64,000 bases of DNA, taken from assembly GCA_044341025.1 (NCBI GenBank), contig JBIISM010000013.1, positions 643 through 64,642 of the forward strand, written 5' to 3'. This DNA is from Bacteroidia bacterium. Its GTDB lineage: Bacteria; Bacteroidota; Bacteroidia; NS11-12g; UBA955. The notes below the pieces were generated by a model, which saw only the letters and a program-made list of their open reading frames with translations, was not told where the DNA came from and searched no databases. A program made the translations under genes and the position numbers. Below are positions 1 through 9,875 of this stretch, in pieces. Numbering within the stretch: position 1 is the first letter of the stretch; every line of letters begins with the position of its first letter.

Positions 1-1
1 T

Positions 2-301
2 CCTTCAAAGTTTATTTCTTTCGATAATTTTTCTCTTCTTAACAACGATGTGCAAATTGACAGCACCACGTTTGACAACGGCAAATTGATTCACAAACAA
101 AGACAAGCAGATGCTGAGTTTGCCGAGTCTCACTATAAGTCGGTTAAGAAGCCGGTTTCTAAGTTTCATGTTGTTCGCTCAGGTGAGACGCTTAGCTCTA
201 TTGCCCGCAAGCACAAGACCACTGTATCCAAACTTTGTAAAATGAACAAGATTCGTCCTACAAGCATTCTGAGTTTGGGCCGTAAATTGAAGGTGAAATA
301 A
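2..301 (+). CDS. LysM-domain protein, C-terminal part (probably M23/LysM cell-wall protein); runs off the left edge
   Basis: C-terminal LysM motif HVVRSGETLSSIARKHKTTVSKLCKMN; the frame is open from position 2 with no upstream stop. Confidence 0.75.
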   Translation, partial: PSKFISFDNFSLLNNDVQIDSTTFDNGKLIHKQRQADAEFAESHYKSVKKPVSKFHVVRSGETLSSIARKHKTTVSKLCKMNKIRPTSILSLGRKLKVK

Positions 302-350
302 GTTCGGATTTTAATTCTGAATGTTCTATTAACTTTTTCCAGTTACATTC

Positions 351-977
351 TTATTTAATCCTTGATTTGTTTTCGGTGGCAAACTTTTCCCAACTGTTGG
401 CTTTCTTATTGCTGCTGCCTGTTTTGGCGCCAAAACCCCTCGGATTGGCCTGAAAGATATGACACATTGCTGCCGCCAAGCCATCAGTGGCATCCAAATG
501 TGTTGGCATGTCGTCAAATTTCAAGAGTCTTTGCAACATTTCTGCTACCGCTTCTTTGCTCGAATTTCCAGAACCTGTAATACTCAATTTTATTTTTCTT
601 GGTTGGTATTCGTAAATCGGCATTTCACGCATCAAAGCGGCTGCAATTGCAACACCTTGAGCCCTCCCGAGTTTTAACATCGATTGCACATTTTTGCCAT
701 AAAAAGGCGCTTCAATGGCCAATTCATCGGGTTTGTAACTGTCTATCAATCCTGTAACCCGCTCGAAAATGTGCTTGAGCTTGATTGCATGGTCTTCCAA
801 CTTATCCAAACGGATAATGCCTATGCTGATTAAAGAAAATTCTTTTCCTTTTAAGCCAACTACACCATAACCCATTATATTTGTACCTGGGTCAATGCCC
901 AAAACAATTCGGTCAAAATCCTCTAATTCCAATCGTTGCAACACAAGACAAAGATACATAAAAATGTCAATTGGCAA
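351..977 (-). CDS. ruvC: Holliday junction resolvase RuvC (true start probably near 932-959)
   Basis: ILGIDPG, AIEAPF, QSMLKLGRAQG and DATDGLAAA motifs. Confidence 0.97.
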   Translation of the reverse strand: MPIDIFMYLCLVLQRLELEDFDRIVLGIDPGTNIMGYGVVGLKGKEFSLISIGIIRLDKLEDHAIKLKHIFERVTGLIDSYKPDELAIEAPFYGKNVQSMLKLGRAQGVAIAAALMREMPIYEYQPRKIKLSITGSGNSSKEAVAEMLQRLLKFDDMPTHLDATDGLAAAMCHIFQANPRGFGAKTGSSNKKANSWEKFATENKSRIK

Positions 978-1892
978 TCTGTTTTCAAGCTTATTAAATG
1001 GTTGGTGCCATTTCTAATTGCCTTAATACTGTATAAGAAGTTCTATAAAAATGCAGGGGTTTCCTTCGAGTTTTTCTTTCTGCAATTCACTTCCCTGCCT
1101 TGGTATTGGTACCTTGTTTTAATCGGTTTTTCTTTGCTCAACTGGGGGCTTGAAATTCGAAAATGGCAATACTTAATTTGCAAAATAGAACTACAATCTT
1201 TTAAAGTGGCCAGTAAATCGGTGCTCTCTGGCATGGCGGTTTCTCAACTACTGCCTTTCAGAACAGGTGAGTTTTTAGGCCGCTTAGCGTTTGTAAACGA
1301 TGACAATAAAATCAATGCGGGTATCTTGTCTATTGCCGGTAGTTTTACCCAGCTCTTGGTGACCTTGTTTTTCGGCACTTTGGCTTTTTTTCATATCCAA
1401 CCATTAGAAATTCCTCTGTTTTTTGTTCTTTCGCTTATTGCCTTGATCGTGCTTTTGGGTATAGGATATCAATACATGCCTCAATTTGTTCCCATCAAAA
1501 AAAGTGCTTTTTTTACCGCCATACGCGAGGCTTTAGGGTTTTTAAAACGCAGCGACCGTCTTCGCTTAATTGGCTTTTCAAGTTTGCGCTACTTGCTTTT
1601 TGTTTTGCCCTATGCACTAATGGCACAATATTTTCAGGTTGGCGGATCGAGTGGTTTGTTGTTCTTAATGTGCTCGGTGTCTTGCATTTTTTTTCTACAA
1701 ACGGTTTCTCCAAGTTTTATATTAACCGATTTGGCCATACGCATCAGCGTTCCTGCTTTGGTATTTTCCGGCTCATTTGATGCCAGTAATAACTTTGATT
1801 TTATGCCGGGTATGGTGATCTATGTGTTTAATATTCTTATACCAATGCTCATTGGTGCAGGTATTCTTTTGTCTTTGAAAATGAAAAAATAA
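936..1892 (+). CDS. Lysylphosphatidylglycerol synthase TM / flippase-like membrane protein
   Basis: Multi-TM protein with NWGLEIRKWQYL and LPFRTGEFLGR motifs; abuts a GT2 gene. Confidence 0.7.
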   Translation: MQHKTKIHKNVNWQSVFKLIKWLVPFLIALILYKKFYKNAGVSFEFFFLQFTSLPWYWYLVLIGFSLLNWGLEIRKWQYLICKIELQSFKVASKSVLSGMAVSQLLPFRTGEFLGRLAFVNDDNKINAGILSIAGSFTQLLVTLFFGTLAFFHIQPLEIPLFFVLSLIALIVLLGIGYQYMPQFVPIKKSAFFTAIREALGFLKRSDRLRLIGFSSLRYLLFVLPYALMAQYFQVGGSSGLLFLMCSVSCIFFLQTVSPSFILTDLAIRISVPALVFSGSFDASNNFDFMPGMVIYVFNILIPMLIGAGILLSLKMKK

Positions 1893-3028
1893 TGGGCTTT
1901 ATTATCGGGGTATTTTTGATCGTATTTGTCTTACTTGCATTGATTGCTTGCATCTACACAGCTTTTATGTTTTGGTGTGCGGGTAGGTTTAGGATAGAAC
2001 CTAAAATGGAACCGCTTAACCCCATTGTAGAAGGGCTATCTGTTTTAATTCCTTTTAGAAACGAAGCAGTGAATTTAAAAAATTGCTTAAATAGTTTTAT
2101 CCAGCAAAAAAATATTTCGTTTCCATTTGAAATACTTTTAATAGACGATGGTTCTGAGGATGAAAGCGCTGCGGTTATTGCAGAATTCGCAGGCCGTTTA
2201 CCCTTTCAATTTATTAACTCTAATGGAGTAGGGAAGAAGGCTGCCTTACAAACTGGAGTTGCAGCCGCACAATACAATATTGTTTATACTGTTGATGCCG
2301 ATTGTGTTTTAGGTTCCAATACCCTAGCCTATATGGCAAGTACTTTTCAGGCTGAAAATTTAAATATGCTTTGCGGATTGGTCAATCTTGCGCCTGCTAA
2401 GGGTTTGTCTCAAAACTTGCAAGCCGCTGAATCTGCTGCTCTTGTAGGCATTAGTGCGGTGATGTTGAATTCAAGCAAACCGGCTACCTGTAACGGGGCT
2501 AATTTGATGTTTCGCAAGGACGTGTTTTTGCAATTGAAAGGCTATGAAAATTATAGGCATTTAAGCTCGGGCGATGACGATTTTTTGATGCATGCGTTTT
2601 TTAATCATAATGCAGAGGCCTGTCGATACGCCATGCATCCGGATGCGGTGGTAAGCACCAAACCTGAAGATTCAATAAGTACTTTCTTTGCTCAAAGAGC
2701 CCGTTGGGCCAGTAAGCGCAAGCACTACCTCTTTCCTTACAATAAGTATTTGTTTGCTTTAATGGGATTGAAATTCTTGACTTACTGGGCATTGCTTTTC
2801 TTTATGGTAATTAACTGTTTTTATTGGGGAAGCAGCACACCTTGGATTTTGTTCCTTTTGCTTTATGTGTCAGAACTTGCATTTGCAAAGCGCTTGGGCG
2901 AGGTCTTAAAGTTAAATTACCTTTCAATTTTTATCTTGCCTTTGTATCAGCTTTACTTACCCTTTGTATTGATTTATTCAAAAGTCTTCCGCATTCAATG
3001 GAAGGGTAGGATTATAGATGCGAAATAA
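1892..3028 (+). CDS. Glycosyltransferase family 2
   Basis: SVLIPFRNE, IDDGSED, DAD, GDD and QRARW motifs with flanking TM helices. Confidence 0.92.
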   Translation: MGFIIGVFLIVFVLLALIACIYTAFMFWCAGRFRIEPKMEPLNPIVEGLSVLIPFRNEAVNLKNCLNSFIQQKNISFPFEILLIDDGSEDESAAVIAEFAGRLPFQFINSNGVGKKAALQTGVAAAQYNIVYTVDADCVLGSNTLAYMASTFQAENLNMLCGLVNLAPAKGLSQNLQAAESAALVGISAVMLNSSKPATCNGANLMFRKDVFLQLKGYENYRHLSSGDDDFLMHAFFNHNAEACRYAMHPDAVVSTKPEDSISTFFAQRARWASKRKHYLFPYNKYLFALMGLKFLTYWALLFFMVINCFYWGSSTPWILFLLLYVSELAFAKRLGEVLKLNYLSIFILPLYQLYLPFVLIYSKVFRIQWKGRIIDAK

Positions 3029-3198
3029 CTACTCAATAGTCGAAAACCCAAGCGCACTATTTAAAGTACTTGGCCTCTTCATACCCGCTTGCCTATTTTC
3101 GCAATAGGTACAGAAAAAAGGAAATACTATTGTGTTACTTAGTGTAAGGCCAAAATTAAGCAGGCCAATTTTGGAAATGCAAATGGGTGCGGTAAGGT

Positions 3199-5169
3199 TT
3201 AATTTAAAAGGTGAAACGTCCCTTTTTTGATGCGTGTAATTTTTTGACAGTCTCTGTATTTGATATAGTACATCAATAAATTATCACTACAAATTTCTCC
3301 ATTGCTTAATTTCCCATCCCATGTTTCGCCGTTCTCAGATTGCCAAATCAATTCTCCCCAACGCGAATATATGCGTATTTCTGCATCAAATTTTAGGCTG
3401 TTATCGGGAAAACGGTCGTTCATTCCATCGTCATTTGGTGTAAAAGCATTGGGTATCCAAAAAATAAAATCACCATTTTTTTGCAACAACTCTATGGTGT
3501 CGCTTACCTCACAGGTATTGCTGTCTTTAATGCTTAAGGTGTATTTTCCAGGAGACTTAACAACGATGTTTTGCGTGGTTTCGCCAGTACTCCATAAATA
3601 GTTATTGGCAATTGGTCCTTGAATTAGATACCGCTCAAAATAACAAATGCTGTCGTCTTGCCCAATGTATATTGGTTTTGTGTTAAAATAATCAATTTCA
3701 ATGCTGTCTGTTTTTAATGAACAAATATTATTTCTAACAGTATAGTTGCCCTTTGAATTGAACCATTTTATATGGCTGCTGTCTCCATCATTCCATAAAA
3801 TGGATTGGTAGGTATAAGGAATGCGAACAGACTTTGTTGCATTTTTGCAGATGTTCATTTTGTCGGGCAAAACTTCAAAGGTTTCGTCGTAAAATTTAAT
3901 TTCAAAGGTGTCGGAAATACTCTTGCATGGGCCAGTGAATTTAAAGCTGTAAATGCCTTGCTTTGAAAAAAATCTAATCTTAAATTGTCCAGTATCTCCC
4001 CAAGCAAACTTAGCACTTGGGTTATACTTGCTCATATTGTAAGCAGCGCCGTTTTTGGCGCAAACAATGGTGTCATTTGCTTTTACTTGCTCTAAAACCG
4101 GGTGGGCGCTCAAGCGCATGGTATCTGAATATTCGATGCATTGGGCCTGAAAGTTTATCCAGTATAATCCAGTATCTTTAAGTGAGCGAGTAGTCAATTT
4201 GCTGCCATCCTCCCATTTAATGATTTGGTATTTTGGATTCAGCGTTAATTGATAATTTATTGGCAAACAAAGCTGCGTATCTCGATAAATATCTAAATCT
4301 TGCTTTTGCTTGCGCTTCACGTCGACCTGAACGGTATCAAAACAAATGTTGCTGTCGTTGTCGATGATTTTTAAATAAAATTGTCGTGCATCGTTTAGAG
4401 CCATACTAACTGGATTGCCCATTTTGTTACCCCCGTTTATAAAATTGGCTGGCTGCCATTCATAGACATACCCTGTATTGCAAATTACCCCTAAGTTTCC
4501 GGGTATGTTTCCACCAAGTAAAACCCTTTCGCCTTCGCATATTAAAGTGTCTCTTCCAGCATCTGACAATAGCTTGCCTTGTCCAAAATATATGTCATCA
4601 ATGGCAAAATCGTAACCCATAATGGTGGATGAAAAGGTTTCGAACTTGGCCGTTGCCGTTTTGCTTGTGCCTGAATTCCATGTTACCTTTATTTCTTTCC
4701 ACACAAATGGCGTGTTGCTAATGGTTAAAACCGTTAGGATGTCATTGTTTATTTTTAAGCGGATTTGTGCAGGAGCCAGAGTTGGTTTGTTCATCGAACA
4801 ATACCACATTGAAAAGGTGTAGGTGGTATTTTCTTCTACGGCTATATTTTGGTAAAAATCATAATCCCAGCCATTTTTATTGCGTGGGTCCACATACAAG
4901 TAATGGCCAAGCTGTGTGCCCAGTGTTTTGTCTGTTTTTACTTCATCGAGGTATAGGGGTTGAAAAGGCTTGTTGGCCCGCCATCTAAATACCGTATTGC
5001 CTGTAAATGGGGCAGGATTGCTTATGTTGTTAAGCGGATTGAGTTTTAAACAGGCATTGCTTGGTTTTTCAAAATTGCCATTCGACCATAAATTGACCAT
5101 GCAGCTATTCTGAGCCAAAACGCCATTCAGAAATAAAAACAGTGAAAATATTAAAATCGGTCTCTGCAT
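3199..5169 (-). CDS. Secreted protein with T9SS type B (gliding-motility-associated) C-terminal domain and an N-terminal carbohydrate-binding-like module
   Basis: Signal peptide; C-terminal IPNAFTPNDDGMND...IYSRWGELIW...KGTFHLL; Ig-like repeats (YLWSTGETTQNI). Confidence 0.85.
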   Translation of the reverse strand: MQRPILIFSLFLFLNGVLAQNSCMVNLWSNGNFEKPSNACLKLNPLNNISNPAPFTGNTVFRWRANKPFQPLYLDEVKTDKTLGTQLGHYLYVDPRNKNGWDYDFYQNIAVEENTTYTFSMWYCSMNKPTLAPAQIRLKINNDILTVLTISNTPFVWKEIKVTWNSGTSKTATAKFETFSSTIMGYDFAIDDIYFGQGKLLSDAGRDTLICEGERVLLGGNIPGNLGVICNTGYVYEWQPANFINGGNKMGNPVSMALNDARQFYLKIIDNDSNICFDTVQVDVKRKQKQDLDIYRDTQLCLPINYQLTLNPKYQIIKWEDGSKLTTRSLKDTGLYWINFQAQCIEYSDTMRLSAHPVLEQVKANDTIVCAKNGAAYNMSKYNPSAKFAWGDTGQFKIRFFSKQGIYSFKFTGPCKSISDTFEIKFYDETFEVLPDKMNICKNATKSVRIPYTYQSILWNDGDSSHIKWFNSKGNYTVRNNICSLKTDSIEIDYFNTKPIYIGQDDSICYFERYLIQGPIANNYLWSTGETTQNIVVKSPGKYTLSIKDSNTCEVSDTIELLQKNGDFIFWIPNAFTPNDDGMNDRFPDNSLKFDAEIRIYSRWGELIWQSENGETWDGKLSNGEICSDNLLMYYIKYRDCQKITRIKKGTFHLLN

Positions 5170-5270
5170 TTGCCAAGATAATTGCTATTTACAAAACAAA
5201 CATAAGTCGAAATTGTGTGGTTTAGTGAATGGATTAGAAAAACAGATAAAGAATGGGGCCTACAACTGAA

Positions 5271-5474
5271 TCATTTCTTCTCCTGGAAGCGTTGTTTTTT
5301 CTTGATAAAATACATGCTTACGGAGAACACGAATACAAGAAGCACCACGTACAATTTCCAATTGCTAAACCCACCGATTTTGTATTGAACCGTCGCTTCT
5401 ATGCACGAAATAGCTGCTGCCATTAAATACAACACAATACCAACCTGTTTGCTGACCAAAGATTTTTTCTCCAT
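5271..5474 (-). CDS. Small two-TM hypothetical protein downstream of lptC
   Basis: 67 aa with two hydrophobic helices; start abuts the lptC stop. Confidence 0.6.
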   Translation of the reverse strand: MEKKSLVSKQVGIVLYLMAAAISCIEATVQYKIGGFSNWKLYVVLLVFVFSVSMYFIKKKQRFQEKK

Positions 5475-6034
5475 TATTTCTCTTTTTTTGCCGAATCCTG
5501 AATGCTAATTACACCTCTTGGTTTTTTGATTACCCAATCGCTGAAATCTTGCTTGCTCTCCATGCCTTCTCCCGTTAATATTTCATTTTTGGTGGTAATG
5601 CGCACAAATTTATCGGTGTAAATAATTTGTTTTTTTTGGTCCCAAATTAATTTCTCGGTATTTAGTTTTTCGCCTTTGTTGTTCATTACCACAACATTTT
5701 GACTCACCTCAGTAATTTTTTGTGTTTGATATGAAATGCCTTTTTCAGCACTTAAATAACTTTCTGCTTTGCCTTCATCGTTGTAAAAATTGCCCGTTAT
5801 GCCTTTGGGCATGCGCACAATGTCGTTGCCGTCTTTTTTGTATCCAATTAGTTGCTTTGCAAATATCTTGGCTTTCAATCTGCCGGAGTCGTTGTAATTG
5901 ATGGTAACATTGCGCCCTTCTTGTGTAAACAACATCGTGTCTGCTTGCAGCATTTTGGCCACATTTTTAGAGGCATAATCACCACATGAACCGATTAAGA
6001 TTGCCGCAAATAATAGGTACAACAGCTTGTTCAT
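5474..6034 (-). CDS. lptC: LPS export periplasmic protein LptC (lipoprotein)
   Basis: Lipobox LIGSC; GEKLNTEKLIWDQKKQIIYTDKFVRITT...ILTGEGMES motif. Confidence 0.9.
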   Translation of the reverse strand: MNKLLYLLFAAILIGSCGDYASKNVAKMLQADTMLFTQEGRNVTINYNDSGRLKAKIFAKQLIGYKKDGNDIVRMPKGITGNFYNDEGKAESYLSAEKGISYQTQKITEVSQNVVVMNNKGEKLNTEKLIWDQKKQIIYTDKFVRITTKNEILTGEGMESKQDFSDWVIKKPRGVISIQDSAKKEK

Positions 6035-6071
6035 GTTTTTGATTTTTCTTTAGCAATTGATGCCAATAGCC

Positions 6072-7526
6072 TTAATAGAATTTTCTTTGTTTAAACCAAT
6101 TGTCAGCCAAGGTAAATCCTATTGTTAATCTAAAAACATTTTCAGCCAACATGCCATTTAACGTATTGCCACGGTGTATGTATTCTGCGGTGAAATTGAA
6201 CAGCGACTTCAATAAGATTTTATTTCTGCCATCAACATCTGTTCTGGTTTTTGGTATGCCAAATCCGAAACTAATGCCGTATTCTTTTAATGGAGTGATT
6301 TGACTTTTGTTGTCTTTGAAAAGGTAACCGGTGTTGAGCATTCTAAAACCAAAACGGTATTCTATTCTTGCTTTGCGTTTGCCTTTTGCCTTTACGCTTT
6401 CAGAAAAGTCGACATCTGGGTCGGGTCTGTAGGCGAAGCCCAAACTGATTTGTGAGCTATTGCCAAACGAGTCGTTGAACAAACTGCGGTCGATCTTCGA
6501 CCACATATCGGTGCGGTAATCTGCAGCCACCATCCATAATTTATTAAACGTTGCACTAAAACCTGCCGATATGCTCATCGGTATATTGGTTTTCCCTTTC
6601 AGATTGTTCTCGTTTAAGATTGTGTCCTTTGCTGCAGTTGTATAATAGTTGCTGATATTTAGTACTTGTCTGTATTCATTGTAACGGATATTGGCTTGGT
6701 TGCTAATGGTGGCCCCGTACACAAAACGAACAGGATAACGGTAAGCTTTGTAAATCATTTTTCCGCCTTCTAGCACTGAATCTCGGCGAACAATGGTATC
6801 GCGGTTGCGCTCACCTTGCAGGCCCAAATCGAATTTAAACCCATTCAGTTGCGTGTTCTTGTCGTAATAGGTTGCGCGCGATTTTCCAGTATCGAATAGG
6901 TAATAGGTCTCGGTCGATCTGCTTTGCCCAAATAGAAATGAACTGTTTAGTCCTATCGATAAATTTGGCGTCAAATTAACCGCATTGATCAAATATAAAC
7001 GGCTTAATCCTCCACGGTTTGAATAGTAATTTCCCAACTGACCATAGGTGGCATCTTTGGTTTTAAAGTAAGAAACATTAATGCTAGAATAAGGGGTAAT
7101 GCCAAATGCAACGGCCCATAAGGTTCTGTATTCTTTGTATAATTTGTTTTCACTTTTTTTGGAGGAGCTGTCTTTTAAAACTTGTTTTTTGTAAACCGGA
7201 AAAGCCAAACCAAAATAGTTGATATTGCCATTGTAATTGGTCCTTGCGCTGCTGTCGGTGTATACTTTGCTGTATTGTGCTCTAAAACCAAAATCCAAAG
7301 AAACTTGTTTCATCGCACCCACCGAGGCCGGATTGGATAGAGAAATGGTTCTGCTGGTTCTTATGCCATTGCTGCTGCCGCCCAAGGCACGGCTAAAAGC
7401 ATTTGAGTATTGCTCAATTTCGCCAAATCCACGGCTTGAGTATGGTGAACTGGTATTGTTTTGCGCATAAGTAATGCTGTAACAAATCAGGAAGAAACAG
7501 ATGACTGCGTTTTTTTTATTTTTCAT
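6072..7526 (-). CDS. Outer-membrane beta-barrel protein (FadL/TodX-like, conserved beside coaX)
   Basis: Signal peptide, SSPYSSRGFGEI N-terminus, NPAS motif, amphipathic beta-strands, aromatic C-terminus. Confidence 0.7.
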   Translation of the reverse strand: MKNKKNAVICFFLICYSITYAQNNTSSPYSSRGFGEIEQYSNAFSRALGGSSNGIRTSRTISLSNPASVGAMKQVSLDFGFRAQYSKVYTDSSARTNYNGNINYFGLAFPVYKKQVLKDSSSKKSENKLYKEYRTLWAVAFGITPYSSINVSYFKTKDATYGQLGNYYSNRGGLSRLYLINAVNLTPNLSIGLNSSFLFGQSRSTETYYLFDTGKSRATYYDKNTQLNGFKFDLGLQGERNRDTIVRRDSVLEGGKMIYKAYRYPVRFVYGATISNQANIRYNEYRQVLNISNYYTTAAKDTILNENNLKGKTNIPMSISAGFSATFNKLWMVAADYRTDMWSKIDRSLFNDSFGNSSQISLGFAYRPDPDVDFSESVKAKGKRKARIEYRFGFRMLNTGYLFKDNKSQITPLKEYGISFGFGIPKTRTDVDGRNKILLKSLFNFTAEYIHRGNTLNGMLAENVFRLTIGFTLADNWFKQRKFY

Positions 7527-8226
7527 TCAGTAATAACAGGGCGTGTAAACCTTTAAGGACAAAGTTTTCGTTCGCAAATATCTTGTATTTAGATGGGATA
7601 ACAAAATGGGAATGGTCGCCTCCACAGAGCACCGTTTGTAAATTCGGGTACTTTTCTGTGAAAGTTTGAATATAGCCTTCTATTTCATGCTGCATGCCCA
7701 ACAGGACTCCATTTGCCATTGCTTCTTTGGTGTTGCTTCCCATGGTAAAATTGGCATCTTTTACGTCTACCAGAGGCAATCGACCTGTCATTTGGTGCAT
7801 GGCTTTGAGGCGGAGGTCTATACCTGGAGAAATATTCCCTCCATAATAATTTAATTCTGGATCTAGAAAATCGATGGTCATGCAGGTGCCAATGTCAAAT
7901 ATCAAACATGCTTGATTTGGAAATTGAGTAGCCGCTGCTGCGAGCGCTGCAATGCGGTCGGCACCCAAGGTTTCCTTGCTTAAGTATTGGTTCTTAAATG
8001 GCAGTTTTGACAGATAACTTAAAGAATGTATTTCAAATCCTATAACTTCTTCGGTGCTGCCTTGGGCCACTGAAGAGACAATAACACTGTAGATGTTTTC
8101 TTGCTTAAGCCATTGGTAACATGAGCTTAAATCATTGAAATATTGTTTGTTCACCAATTCGCCTTCCGAACTGAATACTGCCGCTTTGATGCGGGTGTTT
8201 CCAATATCAATTACGCCTCTATGCAT
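7516..8226 (-). CDS. coaX: Type III pantothenate kinase
   Basis: IDIGNTRIK, LGADR, DIGTCMTID, GGNISPG and LCGGD motifs. Confidence 0.96.
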   Translation of the reverse strand: MHRGVIDIGNTRIKAAVFSSEGELVNKQYFNDLSSCYQWLKQENIYSVIVSSVAQGSTEEVIGFEIHSLSYLSKLPFKNQYLSKETLGADRIAALAAAATQFPNQACLIFDIGTCMTIDFLDPELNYYGGNISPGIDLRLKAMHQMTGRLPLVDVKDANFTMGSNTKEAMANGVLLGMQHEIEGYIQTFTEKYPNLQTVLCGGDHSHFVIPSKYKIFANENFVLKGLHALLLLNEK

Positions 8227-8998
8227 GAATTTTTTGTTTAATGCTTCCGTGAATATGGGCTTGAATGCTGCCGTCGTTGTGTTTTAGCAACAAACGGCCA
8301 TCCCCATCGCAACCCATCACGATGCCCTCAAATGTACCATTTTGGGTCTTAAATTCTGTTTTTTCTTGATACGAAAGCAGAGCTTTGTCAAATTGTATGT
8401 TTATTTCTTCTTTCTGACCTGCTTGCAATAAAAGGTAATTGTGTTCTAGTGTTTCTAAAATCAGTTTTAAAATATGCTCACGTTCTATTGTGTTTCCAGT
8501 TATTTCACTCAAAGAGCTTGCATTTATTTCTGTTAGATGTTCAAATTTCTGATTCACATTGAGCCCAATCCCGGCAATGCTCCAATTAAGTTTGTTGCCA
8601 ATAAAATTGTTCTCAATTAAAATGCCTGCTACTTTTCTGCGCTCAATTAAAATATCATTGGGCCATTTAATGTGCACTGTGTTTTGTGGTAAAAATGTTC
8701 TGAGTACAGAGTAAATGCTCACGGCAATGGTCTTATTGAGGCTAAACAGATCGACACTAAAATTAGTGCTAGGTTTTAGAACGATGCTAAACAATAAGTT
8801 TTCAAAAGCTTCACTGATCCATGTATTTTTGCTTTGTCCACGCCCTTTCCCTTGAAACTCAGCCACCACCACAGTGCCGTCTTTAGCCATATTTTGCTTC
8901 ATTAATTCAATGGCAAATGTGTTGGTCGAATCCACTTGGTTAAAATAAATAATATTTTGACCGATAAATTGGGTATTTGGTTTTACTTTTGCAAACAC
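8219..8998 (-). CDS. birA: Biotin--[acetyl-CoA-carboxylase] ligase
   Basis: DSTN, QGKGRGQ, IKWPNDI, KVAGILIEN and GIGLNVNQ motifs. Confidence 0.96.
   Translation of the reverse strand: MFAKVKPNTQFIGQNIIYFNQVDSTNTFAIELMKQNMAKDGTVVVAEFQGKGRGQSKNTWISEAFENLLFSIVLKPSTNFSVDLFSLNKTIAVSIYSVLRTFLPQNTVHIKWPNDILIERRKVAGILIENNFIGNKLNWSIAGIGLNVNQKFEHLTEINASSLSEITGNTIEREHILKLILETLEHNYLLLQAGQKEEINIQFDKALLSYQEKTEFKTQNGTFEGIVMGCDGDGRLLLKHNDGSIQAHIHGSIKQKIHA
8984..8991 (+). promoter_or_regulatory. Bacteroidota sigma-A -7 element for rsfS
   Basis: TACTTTTG matches TAnnTTTG, 40 nt upstream of the rsfS start. Confidence 0.4.
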
Positions 8999-9031
8999 AA
9001 CTAAAGCTATACAATTAAAGATACAAGGTTA

Positions 9032-9616
9032 ATGCCAAAAAAGAAATCCGCCAAAATTGATTTAAAAGATGCCATCATTATTGGCATGCTTGAAAAAAAA
9101 GCCAACGACATAACAGTTTTAGACCTTAGGAAGTTAAAAACTTCTATGGCCGATTACTTTATTGTTTGTCATGGTAACAGCGACAAACAAGTTAGTGCCA
9201 TCGCTGATAGTGTTGAAGAACAAACTAAAAAACTAGCAGGCGAACGCGCTTGGCATGTTGAAGGTTCTGAACTTAACGAATGGGTATTGCTCGATTATTT
9301 CGATATCGTTGTGCATGTATTCATAGATGAGAAACGTGCTTTCTATGGAATAGAAGATTTATGGAGCGATGCAGAGATTACCATCATTAAAGATGAAAAA
9401 GACCATAAAATAGGTTCTGCTTCAAACAAAGATGAGCCTGCTGCCAAACCAGTAAAGGCAAAAGCAAAATCTGCTAAAAAGGAAACTACAGCTGCTCCAA
9501 AAGTAAAAGTAAAAGCAGTTTCCAAGGAAACATCTTCTGCTCCAAAAGCGAAAGCAAAGGCAAAAAAGCCTGCTGCAAAAACAGCTAAAACGCCGGCAAA
9601 AACAGCTAAAAAGTAA
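9032..9616 (+). CDS. rsfS: Ribosome silencing factor RsfS with a long Lys/Ala-rich C-terminal tail
   Basis: ADYFIVCHGNSDKQVSAIAD, WVLLDYFDIVVHVF and FYGIEDLW motifs, plus a basic tail of about 65 aa. Confidence 0.95.
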   Translation: MPKKKSAKIDLKDAIIIGMLEKKANDITVLDLRKLKTSMADYFIVCHGNSDKQVSAIADSVEEQTKKLAGERAWHVEGSELNEWVLLDYFDIVVHVFIDEKRAFYGIEDLWSDAEITIIKDEKDHKIGSASNKDEPAAKPVKAKAKSAKKETTAAPKVKVKAVSKETSSAPKAKAKAKKPAAKTAKTPAKTAKK

Positions 9617-9641
9617 ATTTTATATTTTTTTTAAAATATAA

Positions 9642-9672
9642 TTTGCAAAAGTCCGATTTATATCTATTTTTG
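9642..9672 (+). promoter_or_regulatory. Sigma-A promoter of the tRNA-Val transcript
   Basis: TTTG at 9642-9645 and TATTTTTG at 9665-9672 with 19-nt spacing, matching the Bacteroidota -33/-7 consensus. Confidence 0.55.
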
Positions 9673-9724
9673 CAGTCCCTAAAAACGAAAAAGGTCTTGT
9701 ACTTCAAGTAGTTTAAAAGGAAAA

Positions 9725-9763
9725 GGGAGCTTAGCTCTCCCGATAGCTATCGGGAGGTTCAGA
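9725..9763 (+). pseudogene. Duplicated 5' fragment of tRNA-Val with an 18-bp perfect palindrome in the D-arm
   Basis: GGGAGCTTAGCTC + TCCCGATAGCTATCGGGA + GGTTCAGA, compared with the tRNA sequence GGGAGCTTAGCTC-AGCT-GGTTCAGA. Confidence 0.6.
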
Positions 9764-9790
9764 TCAAAACCTTTAACAGTTCATAAAAAA

Positions 9791-9865
9791 GGGAGCTTAG
9801 CTCAGCTGGTTCAGAGCATCTGCCTTACAAGCAGAGGGTCACTGGTTCGAACCCAGTAGCTCCCA
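9791..9865 (+). tRNA. tRNA-Val(TAC)
   Basis: Acceptor stem GGGAGCT/AGCTCCC-A, anticodon arm TCTGC-CTTACAA-GCAGA, T-loop GGTTCGAAC; CCA not encoded. Confidence 0.98.
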
Positions 9866-9867
9866 CT
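9816..9867 (+). repeat. attL: 52-bp direct repeat (3' part of tRNA-Val)
   Basis: Base-for-base identical to 24635-24686. Confidence 0.95.
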
Positions 9868-9875
9868 TAGAGAAC

